Origin: Curvularia clavata
Taxonomy: Eukaryota
Length of the DNA: 64,000 nucleotides
Direction of reading: 5' to 3'
Assembly: GCA_023920165.1 (NCBI GenBank)
Contig: CP089279.1
Location: 1-64,000 of the forward strand
Each line of letters starts with the position of its first letter. Position 1 is the first letter of the stretch. Positions 23,445 to 37,212 of the stretch are shown here, one piece after another. The position numbers and the translations under genes are program-made. Below the pieces are notes generated by a model that saw only the letters and a program-made list of their open reading frames with translations, ran no database searches and was not told the origin of the DNA.

Positions 23445-23715
23445 TGTAATCATGCATAGACTAAGACCTACCCTAGATAAGACGGCTTATTGAGATCCGA
23501 CTAAGAGCCGGGACAGATCCGATGAAGGCCCGCACTTAGGTATAAGTACCAGGTACCTTCTATAGATGTTTGGTAGATTTTTGATATTCTTTCGTACTAG
23601 GCCTATGAGTGTCTACCGAATCTAAGGTATTTCTATTGTCCCACGCACTTCTATATGTATTTGAGTGACACTTCCTACCGGAATAGATTCGACTAGTCTT
23701 GCTCGTGCCGTTACA
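23445..23715. mobile_element. Solo LTR (271 bp)
   Basis: TGTAA..TTACA termini; TSD ACTTC; inverted homolog at 47962-48230. Confidence 0.9.
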
Positions 23716-24411
23716 ACTTCTGCTCAATATTCTACTCTCGACGGTGCTATTTACTACTATCTACTACTACTTGGCAGAATTTTAGTAGAATAATGGTACA
23801 GCACGAGATAAATGAGAGAGAATTGTGCGTTAACAGCCGTGTATTCACTAGACGAATTCCTACCCTATACTAGTTTAGGTGATTTATGCAGACTTGTATC
23901 AATTTTCTGCAATTTAATACTATTTTATGCAAATGATGACTGTACTACTACTTAGTATTTTTTACTATAGTACGCGGAAATTTTCTACTGTTTACTGCTA
24001 TTTACAACTATTAGTCTTACAATACTAGAGTACGAGAGAGATTTTCTGACTTGAAGAACTATGCACCCGCAAGTCAGAACTCCGACAGAGTATAGGAACT
24101 ATGTGCATCAATATTATATACATATTTGCCCCTTTAAGAATCCTAGTTAAATAGATCGACTATGCAGGAAAGTATGGTAGAGTGGATTGGCGGTTCTGGT
24201 GGTAGTTCAAGTATTGAGTATGCTAAACTGGGCTATTTACATCGATTGCAAGACTATTGCATTGTTTTTGTCTTATGTACGATCTAGTTAGTAAAACGTC
24301 TATCTTGACTATCTAAGCAAACCTTTTGTTGCTTAATTTAGCTACCTCTCTTACATGTTCTCAACTCCTCAGCCCTACTGTCCGATTGATCGCAGTCTTA
24401 ACAGACTAGTC

Positions 24412-27400
24412 CTAGGCGTTGGTTCCACTTGAGCTCGTAGTAAACATGCCCTGTGACTGTTGAGACCAATCGACATTATCGCTTTCATCATTACCGCTAA
24501 CACCTTCGTGGCTAACACCTTCGTGGCTATCACCGCTAACGCCTTCGTGCTCAATCTCCTCCAACTGGTCCGCAGGGTCAAAAGAAATCGCAGCCTTGTT
24601 GTTGATGGTAGAGTGAAACTTATTGAGTATGTCCTGCATGGGGAAACCGTCTATCTGCTACTGCTTGACTGTTTTGGGGCGGTGCTGCAGATTAATAAAA
24701 GTCTTGTTTCTATTGCACTAGACAATGGCTCCGTAGTAGGCAGACTCGCGATACCGATAGCGATTCTTGCCGGTGTAGTGAGCGCTGACAGCGTCGTGGT
24801 CGCCAATCATGATGAGCAGCGAGCGCGCGCGGCCATTGGCAAGAAGTTGACGAGCGTTGTCGCGTGTGAAGCCGAGATCGCCGGCGACCGTAGTGTAGTA
24901 GATGATAATATCCTTCTAGACACTCTGCATCTTGTCTACTATAAAGTATTCTACCTTGGGGATCCAGGAGGCGACGCGATATATGAGTGAGCTCTTTTCC
25001 TGCTGTAGACACTACTTGGCGATGGCGTGCTGGGTAAAACGATATGCGCCGACCTAGGTAGTGTATGTGGAGATGATGGCAATTTGCGACGCTTCGAAAC
25101 CCTTATCTAGTAGACGGAGGACGATCTTCCATACGGGACCTACGAAGCTGTCGTTGTAGCGGGACTTGGAAGATGGCAGGCTTCTATCTTTACTAGGCAG
25201 GCTTATAAAGATCACTCGCTTGGGTGCTTTAAACAACTTGTTGGCGCACGCAGAAGCCAGCTGGTTAGCTTGCCAGTCATCTACACCGGGGGCGACACTC
25301 ATTTGACTACGGGGAATTATAGAATTGATGAAATCGTTAATATCACTGTTGGACTGATGCTATTTCTGGAGCCAAACAGTATTATAACTAACGTTGACTA
25401 GACGCGAGAATAGGGGGACCGTAGTCTACTCTCTAAAAGAGTGAGACTGAGCGCTACGACTAAGAAGGGGCTCGGGCTGGTAAATGTCTCTAAAGAGTAC
25501 ATGAGGGATGTGAGTGTTGGGAAGTATACTTATAGGCCTAGCGCCCACAGTGTATGGGCGACTGAACACAAGAGCGGCAAGACTACCGTACTCTAGCGTC
25601 TTCCCAGCCTCATCGTGTAGGACAGCGCTGGGCTGGCCAAGCTGGTGGGCACGAGTCTGGGACACCACGTCCGGTGTTATATAGATGCCGTTGGCCATGG
25701 TCGCAAGATCCGCTACAATCTGGTTTGCCAACAGGGTCAGTCGCGTCATCCGATCACTATCGAAGGCGTCACCCTGTGACAGAAATACAAGAAGTTCCTG
25801 GAACTCCGTGTACTTGTCAAGGTCTGCAATTTCGTGCAGTGCCCCATCTGGCTCTAAAACACTAGCGCGACGGAGGATCTAACGCCCCTCAGAGAACTCC
25901 TCGAGTTGGAGACGCTTGTCAAAGTCAGTAGAGTGGTTGCTCGCATATTCGCGCTGGATACGCGTCGCTGCAATTAAAGAGCGGGCGAAGCGCCTCTATT
26001 GCGTCTCTAGTCTGGTCTCCTCGTCCTCTTCCTCGGCGTCGTCATCATCATTATCATTATTGGTATCTTTGGTGTCTTCGGGTAGGCCTTCAAAGTAAGG
26101 AGGTAGTGTCTCGCGTCGGACGTGCATGCGCTGAGCTTCGGCCTCCTTTCTATACACCCGCTTCTCTGTGCTGCCCATGTGTCGTCGAATAAAGATTGGT
26201 GGCGGCGCGTCGATGCCCTCTCTCAACAGATCGCTGCGCTCTTCTTGACATCGGTTGAAAAGCTTGACTGTGATGTCGTCCAGCTGCTTGTTGATAGGTG
26301 ACACGGCCCAGATCGGAGGAGTAAGTCGTTTTGTCTTATCTTGTGCGCGACGTGCCTCCAAGCGGTAATGGAGTGCACTAAGACCAACTAAAATCTCGGA
26401 TTTACCTACTCCACCTGGGCCTTGTACTAGGAGAAGACCTGCGTGGATCTGGCGCAAGGCGGTTAAGACCTGTAACTGCTCTGTACTAAGTCTAGCTGCC
26501 ATATGCTGCAGCTCTTGAGCAACAGCATCCGCCCTGTAGACCTGTGTGAGACTCTCGAAGTAGTCGACCGTCGGTAGGCTTCGCGTGTTGTTTGCCAGTA
26601 ATAGTTGTATCTCTTGGCAAAAGCCCTCTTGGCTAAGGTACATGTGATTGATTGTGTTGATGGCGCGCCTCACTCCAACCGTGGGAACCCGCTCGCGAAT
26701 GTAGTATCTGATGCCAGCTAGGTCTCCTATAGCGTCGCGTAGATCCTTTGAAGATTCGAAGTTCGTAGTGTTGACGATATGAATGCCCTCTTTAAACACA
26801 GGATCTACGACGAAGCTTCTCTGTAGACGTGGGCGGCGGAGGTACCTAGCGTACTTATTGGCATGGGTGTATGGCGTCGCTGTGATGATCTGAAATTGCT
26901 ATAGCTTTTCTTTGGGATCTTCCTAGTCTCTAAAGCACACGTCCAGCGTTGAGCCCTTACGGAAGTGAGTATTAGGGGCGTCATCTTTCGCTGGAGGGAT
27001 GACAATATGCGCGTAGTATAACTGGCTGGCACCAGCTAGAAACGTAGCAATCCGTACTCTGGTAAGCGTGTACCCGGGCCTCTCGATGCTCTCGAGCTCG
27101 TGGATCAGATTCTAGAAGTGTATCGTAATGTACTCCTCTAGGCTTTTGAAGGTGTACAGCTTGCTGATTTTGAAGCCGGCGGGGCGATCCTCTTTTCTTA
27201 TCTGTATGCCAGCCTGGGGATTGACCTTATTTTGGGCCCACCAGCGTAGAATCGGGTTCGCAGAGTGCTCTTGCTCTATAGTGGCCATCACGTCTATTAT
27301 GCGAGACGCTAGAGTATCTATAGTAATGGTAAAGAAATGGATTGTCACCACGTCAGCTCTGGCAAGTATATCCCGAGCCTGATGCAGCTGTGTGGTGAAG

Positions 27401-28497
27401 GGACTAAAGTTGGAGTCCATATATATCGCACGACTAAATAAAGGACGGTTAGTCTCGTCAACTGGGTCTTGGTTGCTGTTGGTGCGCACACGTAGCCGGA
27501 TGTAGAGAAGTTTCATTTCTTCGCAGTAGTGTAGTTGTCTCTAGAAGATCTTAATGTCTTGAGCAGGGACGTGCTTTGCAAGTAGAGCATCGGCGGTCTC
27601 AATCTCTATAACACTACAGTCGACAATATTCCTGTATAGAAATGTGATTGCGGCAGACTTGTGCTCGCGACTACTGCGGGTAGTAGGGGAGTTGAACGAC
27701 CCTTCGAAGTCAAACCCAATTGAAGACGCATGCTGAGGCTGGATGATAGTAACGAGCCTCGTGGTGAGACATTGTGCGTTGTCGTCAGCTGGGAGCCCAC
27801 CTACAGGCGGAGCCAGCTCCTCGTCGCTGGCGGTGGTAGTCTCGGTGTTGATGGGCGCGAACTCCGTCGTGGGCTCTGTTGTGGGCTCTGTCGTGGGCAC
27901 TGTTGTGGGCTCTGTCGTGGGCTCTGTCGTGGGCTCTGTCATGGACTTTGTCGTGGTAGTAACGCCAAGGGACTGAACTCTTATTATGCAATCGTCCACT
28001 AAATGCCCGAGCTGCGAGCAGTTACTACACTTCTTCCTCGTGTAGTTGTCTGTGCCGTGGCTCGTGTCTCCACAAGACCGGCAAGTATGGCGTTGTTGCT
28101 GCTTCTTCGCTTTCACCTTTTCTGGACACTCTCTAGCTATGTGCCCGCGCTCGCCGCAATGCTTACAGAGAGGAGGTATTGGATAGGCAATCTTGAGATG
28201 GCCCTGCTTGAAGCAGTTACTGTAGATAATGGAAGGGCACTGTGACTTGACGTGTCTATACTCGTCGCAGTTCTTGCACTTCTGCATCTTCTTTTTGTTG
28301 GGGCACACGGCTTTCTTGTGACCAAGCTTCTGGCAGATGCCGTACTTGTAGTCCTCAAGATTGGGCTCTCGTAGCTGTCCCAAGGTGATAGAGCTGTCGC
28401 CATGTTCGATTACCGCAACTCCTACCACAAAGCGCCGGTCGGCATGGTGGACCGCCGTGGTGCTGGTTAGATAGTGGTGGACCGCGGAATTAGCCAT
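24412..28497 (-). pseudogene. Zinc-knuckle plus Upf1-like SF1 helicase gene, intronless, RIP stops
   Basis: Fragments at 28497, 27516, 26799, 25749, 25302, 24639 share one frame; about 6-7 CCHC-type knuckles, TTEP repeats, QGPGGVGKS, HDEAG, AIISTY, VDKMQ..KDIII, GFTRDNAR..GRARSLLIMIGD. Confidence 0.85.
27865..27945. repeat. 12-bp coding tandem repeat (TCGTGGGCTCTG; TTEP on minus strand)
   Basis: About 6 tandem units. Confidence 0.9.
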
Positions 28498-30146
28498 ACT
28501 GGCAAGCGGTAGCTGTAAAGGCAGCTAGATTTGCAGTTAGCAAAGCACAACAGCGGTGTTCTGACGAGAAACACATCTGGTATAGAAGTAAGGGCTGGAT
28601 AGAGTGAGTGATGGTTGCGTAAGGACTGAGCGAGGTTGGCCGAGTAAGAGACGCGCGATACTTGCGTTAGAACTAGGTGCGGTCGGTAGCGTAAGGGAAG
28701 AGTGGTGTTGAGTAAGAACTGAAGGCTGGCAGGAGTCAAAGCTGGATGGTCTTGGCGAGCGCTTTTACGAGAGCAAACGCCCGTAATAGTGGCAAATACA
28801 CCAAGCTAGGCGCACAAAAACAGCCGCGGGAGAAGTCGAAACTGATGACTGGCAGTAGAGGAATGATTTAGAATATTGGGGTTTACCCGGCCAGTTCAGT
28901 ACTGGTAGACTGGACACTTGAAGCGACGGAGAAAAGAAAGGTTGGGTTATAGCCGACGTTATTTGTACCATAAGGTGGAGAGGGTAAGAGTAGGCCTTGG
29001 GCAAACAAACGTCCACTCTACGTTCATTTCACGTTAGCTTGATCCACAGGTAAAGGCTATGTAAAGTCCAATCTACAATAGCTCCTCAGCTTCTCGGGCG
29101 AAAGGATAGTGAGAATATCGCTGCTGATATGCGCTATTGTGGCTAATGTGCCCAGTGACGTCGCATCCACCATACTTCAAGTTTCTAAAGAAGACCTATT
29201 TTATCCTTTACATTACAGCATACAGCTCCCATCTTGTACAGGGTCCTCCTCACAAGTACATCCTCTAGTACATCTTAGATCTTAGCGAAGCCTCGTTCTT
29301 AACGCCTATATGCTAGGGTTTCTTAAGTAGCATTTGCGAGCTCTCTAAGTAGAGATACAGTTCCAATGCTATTAATACACGTGTCTGCTATATTAAGAGA
29401 CAAATCAAAGGCATGTTCATAAAAAAATCGCCTCATACCAAGCAGCTTAAGTAGCTCATGCGTAGATTATATGCTAACTCCATAAGTCAGACTATTCTCA
29501 AGCTTACGCCCGTAATGCTAGCAGGCACTCATATTTACTCCTAACGCCAACTATAGACCTTGGTAACTAAGTCTTTCAAACGTCTAGTGTTTAGCCACCA
29601 TTCAACAGCCATATAACGAAATAATAATAGACGGGTCAGCAGCCAAACCAGGCCAAGCTCGTTGAAATCGGTCAAGTCAAGCTGGTGGGATTTACCATGT
29701 ATCCGATTGAGCTGGAGCGTCTGCTTTGACTTAGCTCCATTGCTAGCAACTCTACAAATCACCAGCCATTAGCTTTATATAGCAGCAGTGCACTGCAATT
29801 CGCAGCAAAATACTCCCATCAACTCCGATTAGCAGCAAAACTCCATTTTCCGCCATTTCCCGCAAATAGCAGCTATGCACTGCGATCAGCGGCAAAATAG
29901 TCTGCTCCTATCTCTCGTCTGTTAGGTTAGAGGCAAAACAGCTTCTACTGCTATCTGCTGCATACAATGTACGCCCATTTTCATTCATGCGACACAGGCT
30001 GCTTATTCACAGTGGCCACATTCACTAGTCTAATCATGTGATCATACATACTAACAATGAAATTTGCCCCCCACCCATTTGCAGCAATTAGCCACGATTC
30101 ACAACACATCACGTTCAACCCATCGCTCCACAAGTACACCGTCAAC

Positions 30147-31064
30147 GTGGCTATAGACAACCGCAAACCACCAGTAGCTAACTTTGACTACAACAATGTC
30201 ACAGTCAAAAAAGAAGATGACTTCTTCAGAGGCTTTGGGATTGATGACGCCGACACGAAGACGGACCTCAAAGCGCGACGGGCAGCTGCATTTCGAAAAA
30301 TCAATCCAGATCTAGTCACCTACTAGGGCGCCGACAAACTTCCGGTATAAAAAAGGCACATCGGGCTTATGTACGAAGAGTTTCTAGAACTATACAATGC
30401 TCCTATACTATAGAGAACATCCGCCATAATATTCTGGATGATACAGGCGAGGACTAGTATCTAGCGCCGGAAGCAGACCCATGAGCCGAGTCAGTCGCGC
30501 GGCGACAAGCGGAGATGCAAAGACAATGACAATAACAGCGACGAAGATATCGAGATCACTAAAGCCAAATGAGCCCGACGAAGAATCAACGTCTGTAGGC
30601 AACAGCGCGACAGAACTGAGCCCAGTAACAAACGCAACCAGGCAATCATCAATCTCACAGAGAATACCCATCGCGAGTCTATCTAACGCATGAAGTCACT
30701 AAGCCTTCAGCCAACCCAGCGGCCCATCATACCAACTCACAATTAAAGCTACTCTAGACCATCCAAGATACGCTTTATAGCAGTCTCTTCAAATGGCGCT
30801 ATCACGGACGAGGATATTGTTGCAGAAATTGATACCGTGGACATTTTGGACAAGTCTGTAGTCTCGTGGGACCAGCTGGCTGAGGTTGCTACGACCTTTG
30901 GTACTAGTGAAGGCTTTTCTTTTATTGGCCGACTCTACCTTTCCCCACGCCAGAACCAGCGCTTCGTAATTACATATCAAGGGCTATTGAATACCGCATT
31001 GAAAGACTTTGGGGCGGATTCTATTCCAATTTATATAACGTCACCAGTCCGCAACAAGACGTAA
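30147..31064 (+). pseudogene. Truncated paralog of the SNF2-like gene N-terminal region, no helicase domain
   Basis: RKPPVANFDYNN..EDDFFRGFGID..LKARR..INP..VTY*GADK and FIGRLYLSPRQNQRF match the starts of 8477 and 32783. Ends approximate. Confidence 0.75.
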
Positions 31065-32782
31065 CGACATAACGGACGCACAAGACCTCCAATCCACGAG
31101 GGCCAGTCTGAAAACCCTGCTACTATGAAGCTGCTTCACATGAGGATGATACGCGTTCTAGGATTCTTCTTCACAACTACAAGACTATAAGTGTCTTTTC
31201 TTGTCCCGGTATCAGAATGACGCTTGTTACCTACCCACTGTATTACTGTTGCATGTCCGGGTTCCCTTCGCTGGGATAGGACCAATACTCGGCTAGTACA
31301 TGGATCGTCGGAGGTTGTTGTATGCCTGGAGGCTCTCTATGCCTGGATATGTATGTTTTTTTTTGTTTGTGTGCGAATAGACATGGGAGCTGTTCTTTTC
31401 TTAGAGGTAGCTTGGGATCAATGCGCTGTTGTAAAGTAATGTGGAACGTTACATATGATATATCTATTCTTACAGTGCCAACTACATATCTTCTCTAAGA
31501 GCGTGAGTCTTACACGACCGAATTCTATCGGTAATATAGGTCTATTCTAGGTTGCGCTCCACCTAACCTCTTCAGGTCGGGACTTCGCGCCACGGACAGC
31601 TTGGCTTGGCGCTATCTGACCTGGCAGACCATACACCCGCAAGTCAGGACTAGGTAAAGTATAGTACTGCTCAGCGCGCAACATGCTGGGAAGCAATACG
31701 TGCACGTTGAGCCTTGTTATCGCTTCGCATATATACGGGTAAGGATGGCGATTCCCTCATGCTAACGCGTTTGTAGTACGGTAAAAGTGGGCCCCAGTAG
31801 AACGACTAGCCTCTACAACGCACTTCTTGACCACGTCCCACCGCGTGTCTGCTTGAAGCAGATACCATGCCTCATGCCTTTCTATCACTGTGAGGCCGCA
31901 AAGTCACAGCTCACTTTACAACGGCCCTAACTTCACGCCCAACGCGACTCGTAGCCTACCCCAAAGACGACTCAAATCACATCTAAAGCATATTACGACT
32001 TACTTTAGGATGGCTCTAATCACACGGCTAAATTCGGTCGCAGTTTGTTTAGAAGACGGCGCTAAATACCCACACCACAACTATAGCGGGCTTTGGTGAG
32101 GCTCCTTAGTCAGATCCGCGCATATTCGGTCTTGCTACGCACCAAGCGGAGGTTCAAGCTTCTTAGAACCTCATCGACATGACGGCTACTCTTATAGATC
32201 TGGAGAGCTCAGAGCTACAGCACGAAGCAATGCTATTCGACATCCGGCTATAGACAAACGCGATTGGAGCACAGTCATTTTTCTCTATTGTAAACCTTTT
32301 ACTGCAAACTGATGTTATGTGCTACAATTAGTAGCAAACAACGCTTCGCTTGCGCGGATCTATACGGACGGCAGCATTTTTCCCAGTATCCCTTCAGTCC
32401 TGGCTGTTGCTCTAAGCTCGTCTAAATGTCCTCCATTGAGAGTCCTGGCCTACACGAGGTAGGCTGGGCTGGGTAAACCCCGTATCTTTTCTCATCCTCC
32501 TACACACTAGCGATAGCGACGACCTATACCGCACATGGCGAATCACTGTAAGTACTCACTATTCGCTACTCACCATTCACTGCTCACTGCTGTTTGTGGC
32601 ACGTGCGCCACGTTTACTGGTCGCTCACTGTTTACTGCAGTTACTGTTCACCAGTGCAAGCTTTTATACGCTATTTACGACGACTTACTTCTATCCTACC
32701 CCACTACTTCAATTCAACTTAATAGTCCAACTCATCTAGTCTTGTTCTCGCACGAACGCACCTATATCCAATCCTCTCCGAG

Positions 32783-35700
32783 ATGGCGCGACGAAGGCCC
32801 CCAGTCCTAAACTTCGACTACAACAATATGCATATAACCGACAAGAGCTTCTTTGAAGGATTTGGGATTGAGGACGAGAACACCCGAGCCAAAATCAAAG
32901 CACGGCGAAAACGCGCATTCCTCGAGGTCAACCCACGCCGAGTTACCTACCATGGCGCCGACAGGATTGTACAACAACAGAAGCACATAGCGCGTATGTA
33001 CGAGAAGTTCCCAGAGCTTTGCGATGCGCCAGTCCCATGGAAAGTATCCGCCATAACCTACATAATAACACAATCGCGGACTGCTGTCAATCGTTCTAAG
33101 CAGACTCACCAGTCGAGTCGATCGTGCGGTGACAAGCGGAGACGCGAAGGCAGCGCCAGCGACGACGAAGACATCGATGAGACTCGAATGACAAAAAAGC
33201 GACCAAGAAGACACCCAGTCAGGGAAATCAAGTACAAGAGCGACGACAATAACGACCTACAGATTATCCCATCAATTAAGTCAAGACCATACCGCGATTT
33301 ATACCGCGAGTCAGTAGAGAAGTTTAAATCCTTAAGTTTTTAACGCTCCCTACCTCCACCTACTCCAGCCACCACCCCGCGCTTTCTTAGCCCTGCCCAA
33401 ATTCGCTTCGCCCAGCTACTAGAGCATAGGGTCATTGGAGACGAAGACATCATCACTAAGATTGGGATAGAGGAGCTCTTAACTAGCTCAATAGTCTTAT
33501 TAGAGAAACTCGCCAGTGTAGCTAGGAGTCTTATCAACTATCTAGGGTTTGTTTTCAGTACAAGAGTATATTTGTCCCTAAGGCCTAATTAGCACTTCGC
33601 GATCACACACCAGGCCCTCCTCAACATGGCGATGAGAGATTTTGCGCCTGGCTCGACGGTACTCTACACCATCTCGCCAGTCCCTAAGCCTCAGCAGAGC
33701 GAGGCAGTCCCGCTACAAAGGTTGAGAATAGGCAGACGTTCTAGTCATGTACCTACCGAAGACGAGTTGACAGCAGGTGGGGGCTCTGACGTCGACCCCA
33801 TGGGAGACGAGTCGAGAATAAGTAGACACTCCGGTTATGTACCTACCGAAGACGAGTCGACAAGAGATGGAGGCTCCGACGTCGAACACGCGCTAGAGGA
33901 GTCAGGGTGGCAGGTGAGGTTAACCTTAAAATCAGCCGCAGGATCACCCAAGCCACTTATGCGCTCATGGCTGCCTGCTCTAAGGTTTAACCCTAGGATA
34001 CCCGCCTCCGTAGGTCTTTTTAGTCCAAGTTACACGTCCCGTAAGGAAACGTCTTCGTTGCTGCCGTTACATAGCCCTACGCCATCTAATCCCGAGGCTA
34101 TGTCCTCTCCATGGGCCCCTGTCAACAAGTCTCACACTTGTAAGACGATTGATCTTACAGTCGATGGCAGGCGGTCCGAGAGCCCGGCTCGCCACACTGG
34201 AGAAACGTTTACTTCAGCACCTGCGAACCCCGACTTCGGCATAGATGGAGACCTAGAGGAGGACTAAGGACCAGAGGAGGACCAAGGACCAGAGGAGGAC
34301 GCAGAGGCCAACGCTAGAGCCGAGGAAGACGCCATACAATACGCCCTCTCATCTAGTACCGCAATCACCGCGAAGGCATCTGCCGCGCGAACAACCCTTG
34401 ACATCTACAAGCGCGCAGCTAGGACCTTCGGCATGGAGTTGAACGCGCTTCGCCCAACGCAAGAGGAGTGCCGAGTTCATCTACCAGCTGCCGTGGGCCT
34501 GTCGCCAGGGTACAGCGCTTACCTGCATCAGATTGTTGGTGCTACTGAAGCCTATATCGATGCATTTAGTAGCAAAAGAGGCTGTATCCTAGCTAACGAA
34601 ATGGGTTTTGGCAAGACGGACACGAGTCTTGGGGCATGGAAGATCAACTTCGATGTGGTTGTCAAGACGCACAGCACTGACCCTACCCTCAAAGAGCTTT
34701 ACTTTCCTCCTATGGAGGATAGAAAAGTTAATAGTGTTGAGCCATGAATAGGCGCAACCTTCATCTCCGCCAGCCCCCAAGGCTTGAAGGCTTGGCCGCA
34801 AGCTTGGTCGCGCATGATGGGAAGTAGCAAGGCCTTGCTACAGTTCCCAGCAAATTGGCGTCCCAAACTAGTCATTCTACATGGGGACGGCCAAACGTAT
34901 GCGCAGGAGTTTGGCGGACATGCAAGCGGGATATACTGGACGATGACTTAACAGGACTGGGCAGAAGTCCTCCCCAAGCCAGACTAGAACAATAGCCGCG
35001 AGCCGATACAGCCGCCCCATAAGGAATTAGAGTGGGAGTTTACTAGACCCTCTAACTGGCTAGAATCCCCAGGAGCTACTACGAGCCGCCCTGCACCAAC
35101 CAGTACCTAGTACGTCATCGTTTCGACAAACAACTCGTGGAGAAACTACATCACCTGTACCTAGACTCCAGACAACAAGTACAAGAACCTGCAGAGAGAT
35201 CTCCAAAGCCAAACCAACGAGAAAGGTAGAAAACCCATTCGAGACAATATGTAGAAGTAGATTGACGGTTGGTATAAGAGCCGAAGTCGTTGGGTTGATG
35301 GTACTGGGCCAACTCAAGCCCGACGACCTATCCGCACACTGGGCAAGGTGACGAAGTCAAGTTACAGGATCTGTAACTTGGCGTTTGCAGGTTGGGTTGT
35401 GGTCGATGAGCTACACGCTGCTGGCTCGGAACATACGCTTACCTATACTGAGGTCGTCAAGGTCTTTCGCACTGGCCGCCCTGAACAAGACTGGCCTGGC
35501 GTCATGGGTATAACAGGGTCAGCTTTGGCCAATGGAATAGATACGACGACAGCATTTGCAGTCAACGCCATAAAGCGCTCCAAACTAAAGGACAAGGCTG
35601 TAAGGGGTCTAGCCGAAATTTCAATGGCCAACTTTTCCAAGTCTTGGAAGGACATGCAGATGATCTTTAAAGACTCGTGGAAGTAGCCCGCCATAAAGAG

Positions 35701-36817
35701 AAAGAAATGGGTAGAGCATGCGATAGCGAGCAAGCCCTCGATCCGAATTATAAACCAGACTTTCGCTCATATGTTAAACTGCTTCTTTATCTTGCGAGAC
35801 TATGGCACGAAAGATCTGTGGGGTGAGACCTTTAAGCTCATTAATGCTACATACGATGTTTGATACGAAGAGGTTTAGTTTGAGGATGAGTACCACCAAG
35901 AACTGGTCGACGTAGAAGAATAGGTAAAGGTAACTGTCGAGGAGAAGTGGAAGGAGGCTAAAAGGGAGTGGGAGGAAAAGAACCGTCCTGGTGAGGAGCC
36001 TCTATGACCAGCCTTAGATAGGGCCGACCTAGGAGCCTACGTAAATGCACGTATTCTCGCCAGTTTCCCAAACCTACTGAAAGCTATCCAGATATGGCAA
36101 GATGAACACCCCGACGAACCGCGCATTATAGGGGAGGGCTGTGAGTGGGGTTCCTCGCTCGGTAGCGCTAATACAGTCCTCTATTCTGCTATACGATCAG
36201 TGCACACCCTCCGCAACTCTTTCCTGTGGGATATCGCTAGGGACGCCTGCTGGGGATCGGCTAAAATTGATCTCATTCTGGAGCAGGCTAGGTCTATGAA
36301 GGGCCAGAAGACCACTATGCGTAATGCCCAGGGAGAGGAGGTCTGATACTAAAGCAAGTATGTGGTGGTAAGTTGCTTACGCGTACCACGTGCATTGCTA
36401 TGGTGTCGCTTGGTCCAGGAATTTGGGGAGAAGCACGTAGTTGGGGTTGCCAACTCCAACGACCGAAGGGACGCCGTTCCATGTTGGCAAGATACAAGCG
36501 GCCCTGTGTGGATCATGGTGGCAGCGTTGACGGTGATCTGTCAATCCATCACACTCGTGGAGGGCAACGTTCTTCACGTGCTAGAGCCAACACCCAAAAA
36601 CAATGACGCAGTGCAAGCTGGCAACCGCCAGTACCGAATTGGCTAGCAGCAGCCTAGGGTGGAAGTTAAATGGCTCGTTCACAAAGACTCGTATATTGAG
36701 ACAAAAATAGCAAGGAAAAATGAGGCGAAGAATCGGTTCGCAGATAGGGTCAAGGGCGCAACGGTCAAGGATATCGGGGCATTGGCGGACGAAGGGATGG
36801 ATCAAATTGTGGTTTAG
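32783..36817 (+). pseudogene. Large intronless SNF2-like helicase gene, copy 2, RIP stops
   Basis: Fragments at 32783, 33626, 34433, 35348, 36362 share one frame; CILANEMGFGKT, VVVDELH, GITGS, ICQSITLVEGN..QAGNRQYRIG. Confidence 0.82.
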
Positions 36818-37212
36818 GATGTATAGAAAGATGGTTGCGGTTAGGCGTGGTGTGTATAGTGGCTGCAAGGAACCAAGCCATGTTTCCCGAGCCAGACTTT
36901 TTTCTGTATTTAGCTCAATTTTTATGGCATTATATCTAGAGACCACCTGTACTCAGCTCCGTGTATGTGATTTTGATCTCCAAATAGAGCATTTTCGCTC
37001 TCTCAGCTGGTCTTGACTCCACAAGTACTAGACGTATGGATTGTTGTACACAGAAAAGAGCCTTTGCATCACATTGTAGTTGGAAATGAATGTACATTAC
37101 TGCGATTAGTAGCAACTTGCCATACTTGACAACTATTCACTATCGAGTACTGTAAACAATCTCAATTTATACAACATCACTTGTTTTTATTGATCTGGAT
37201 CTCACCTCTTAT

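Noticed and set aside
24460..24990. 176-aa plus-strand ORF
   Set aside because: Antisense to the C-terminal motifs of the Upf1-like helicase.
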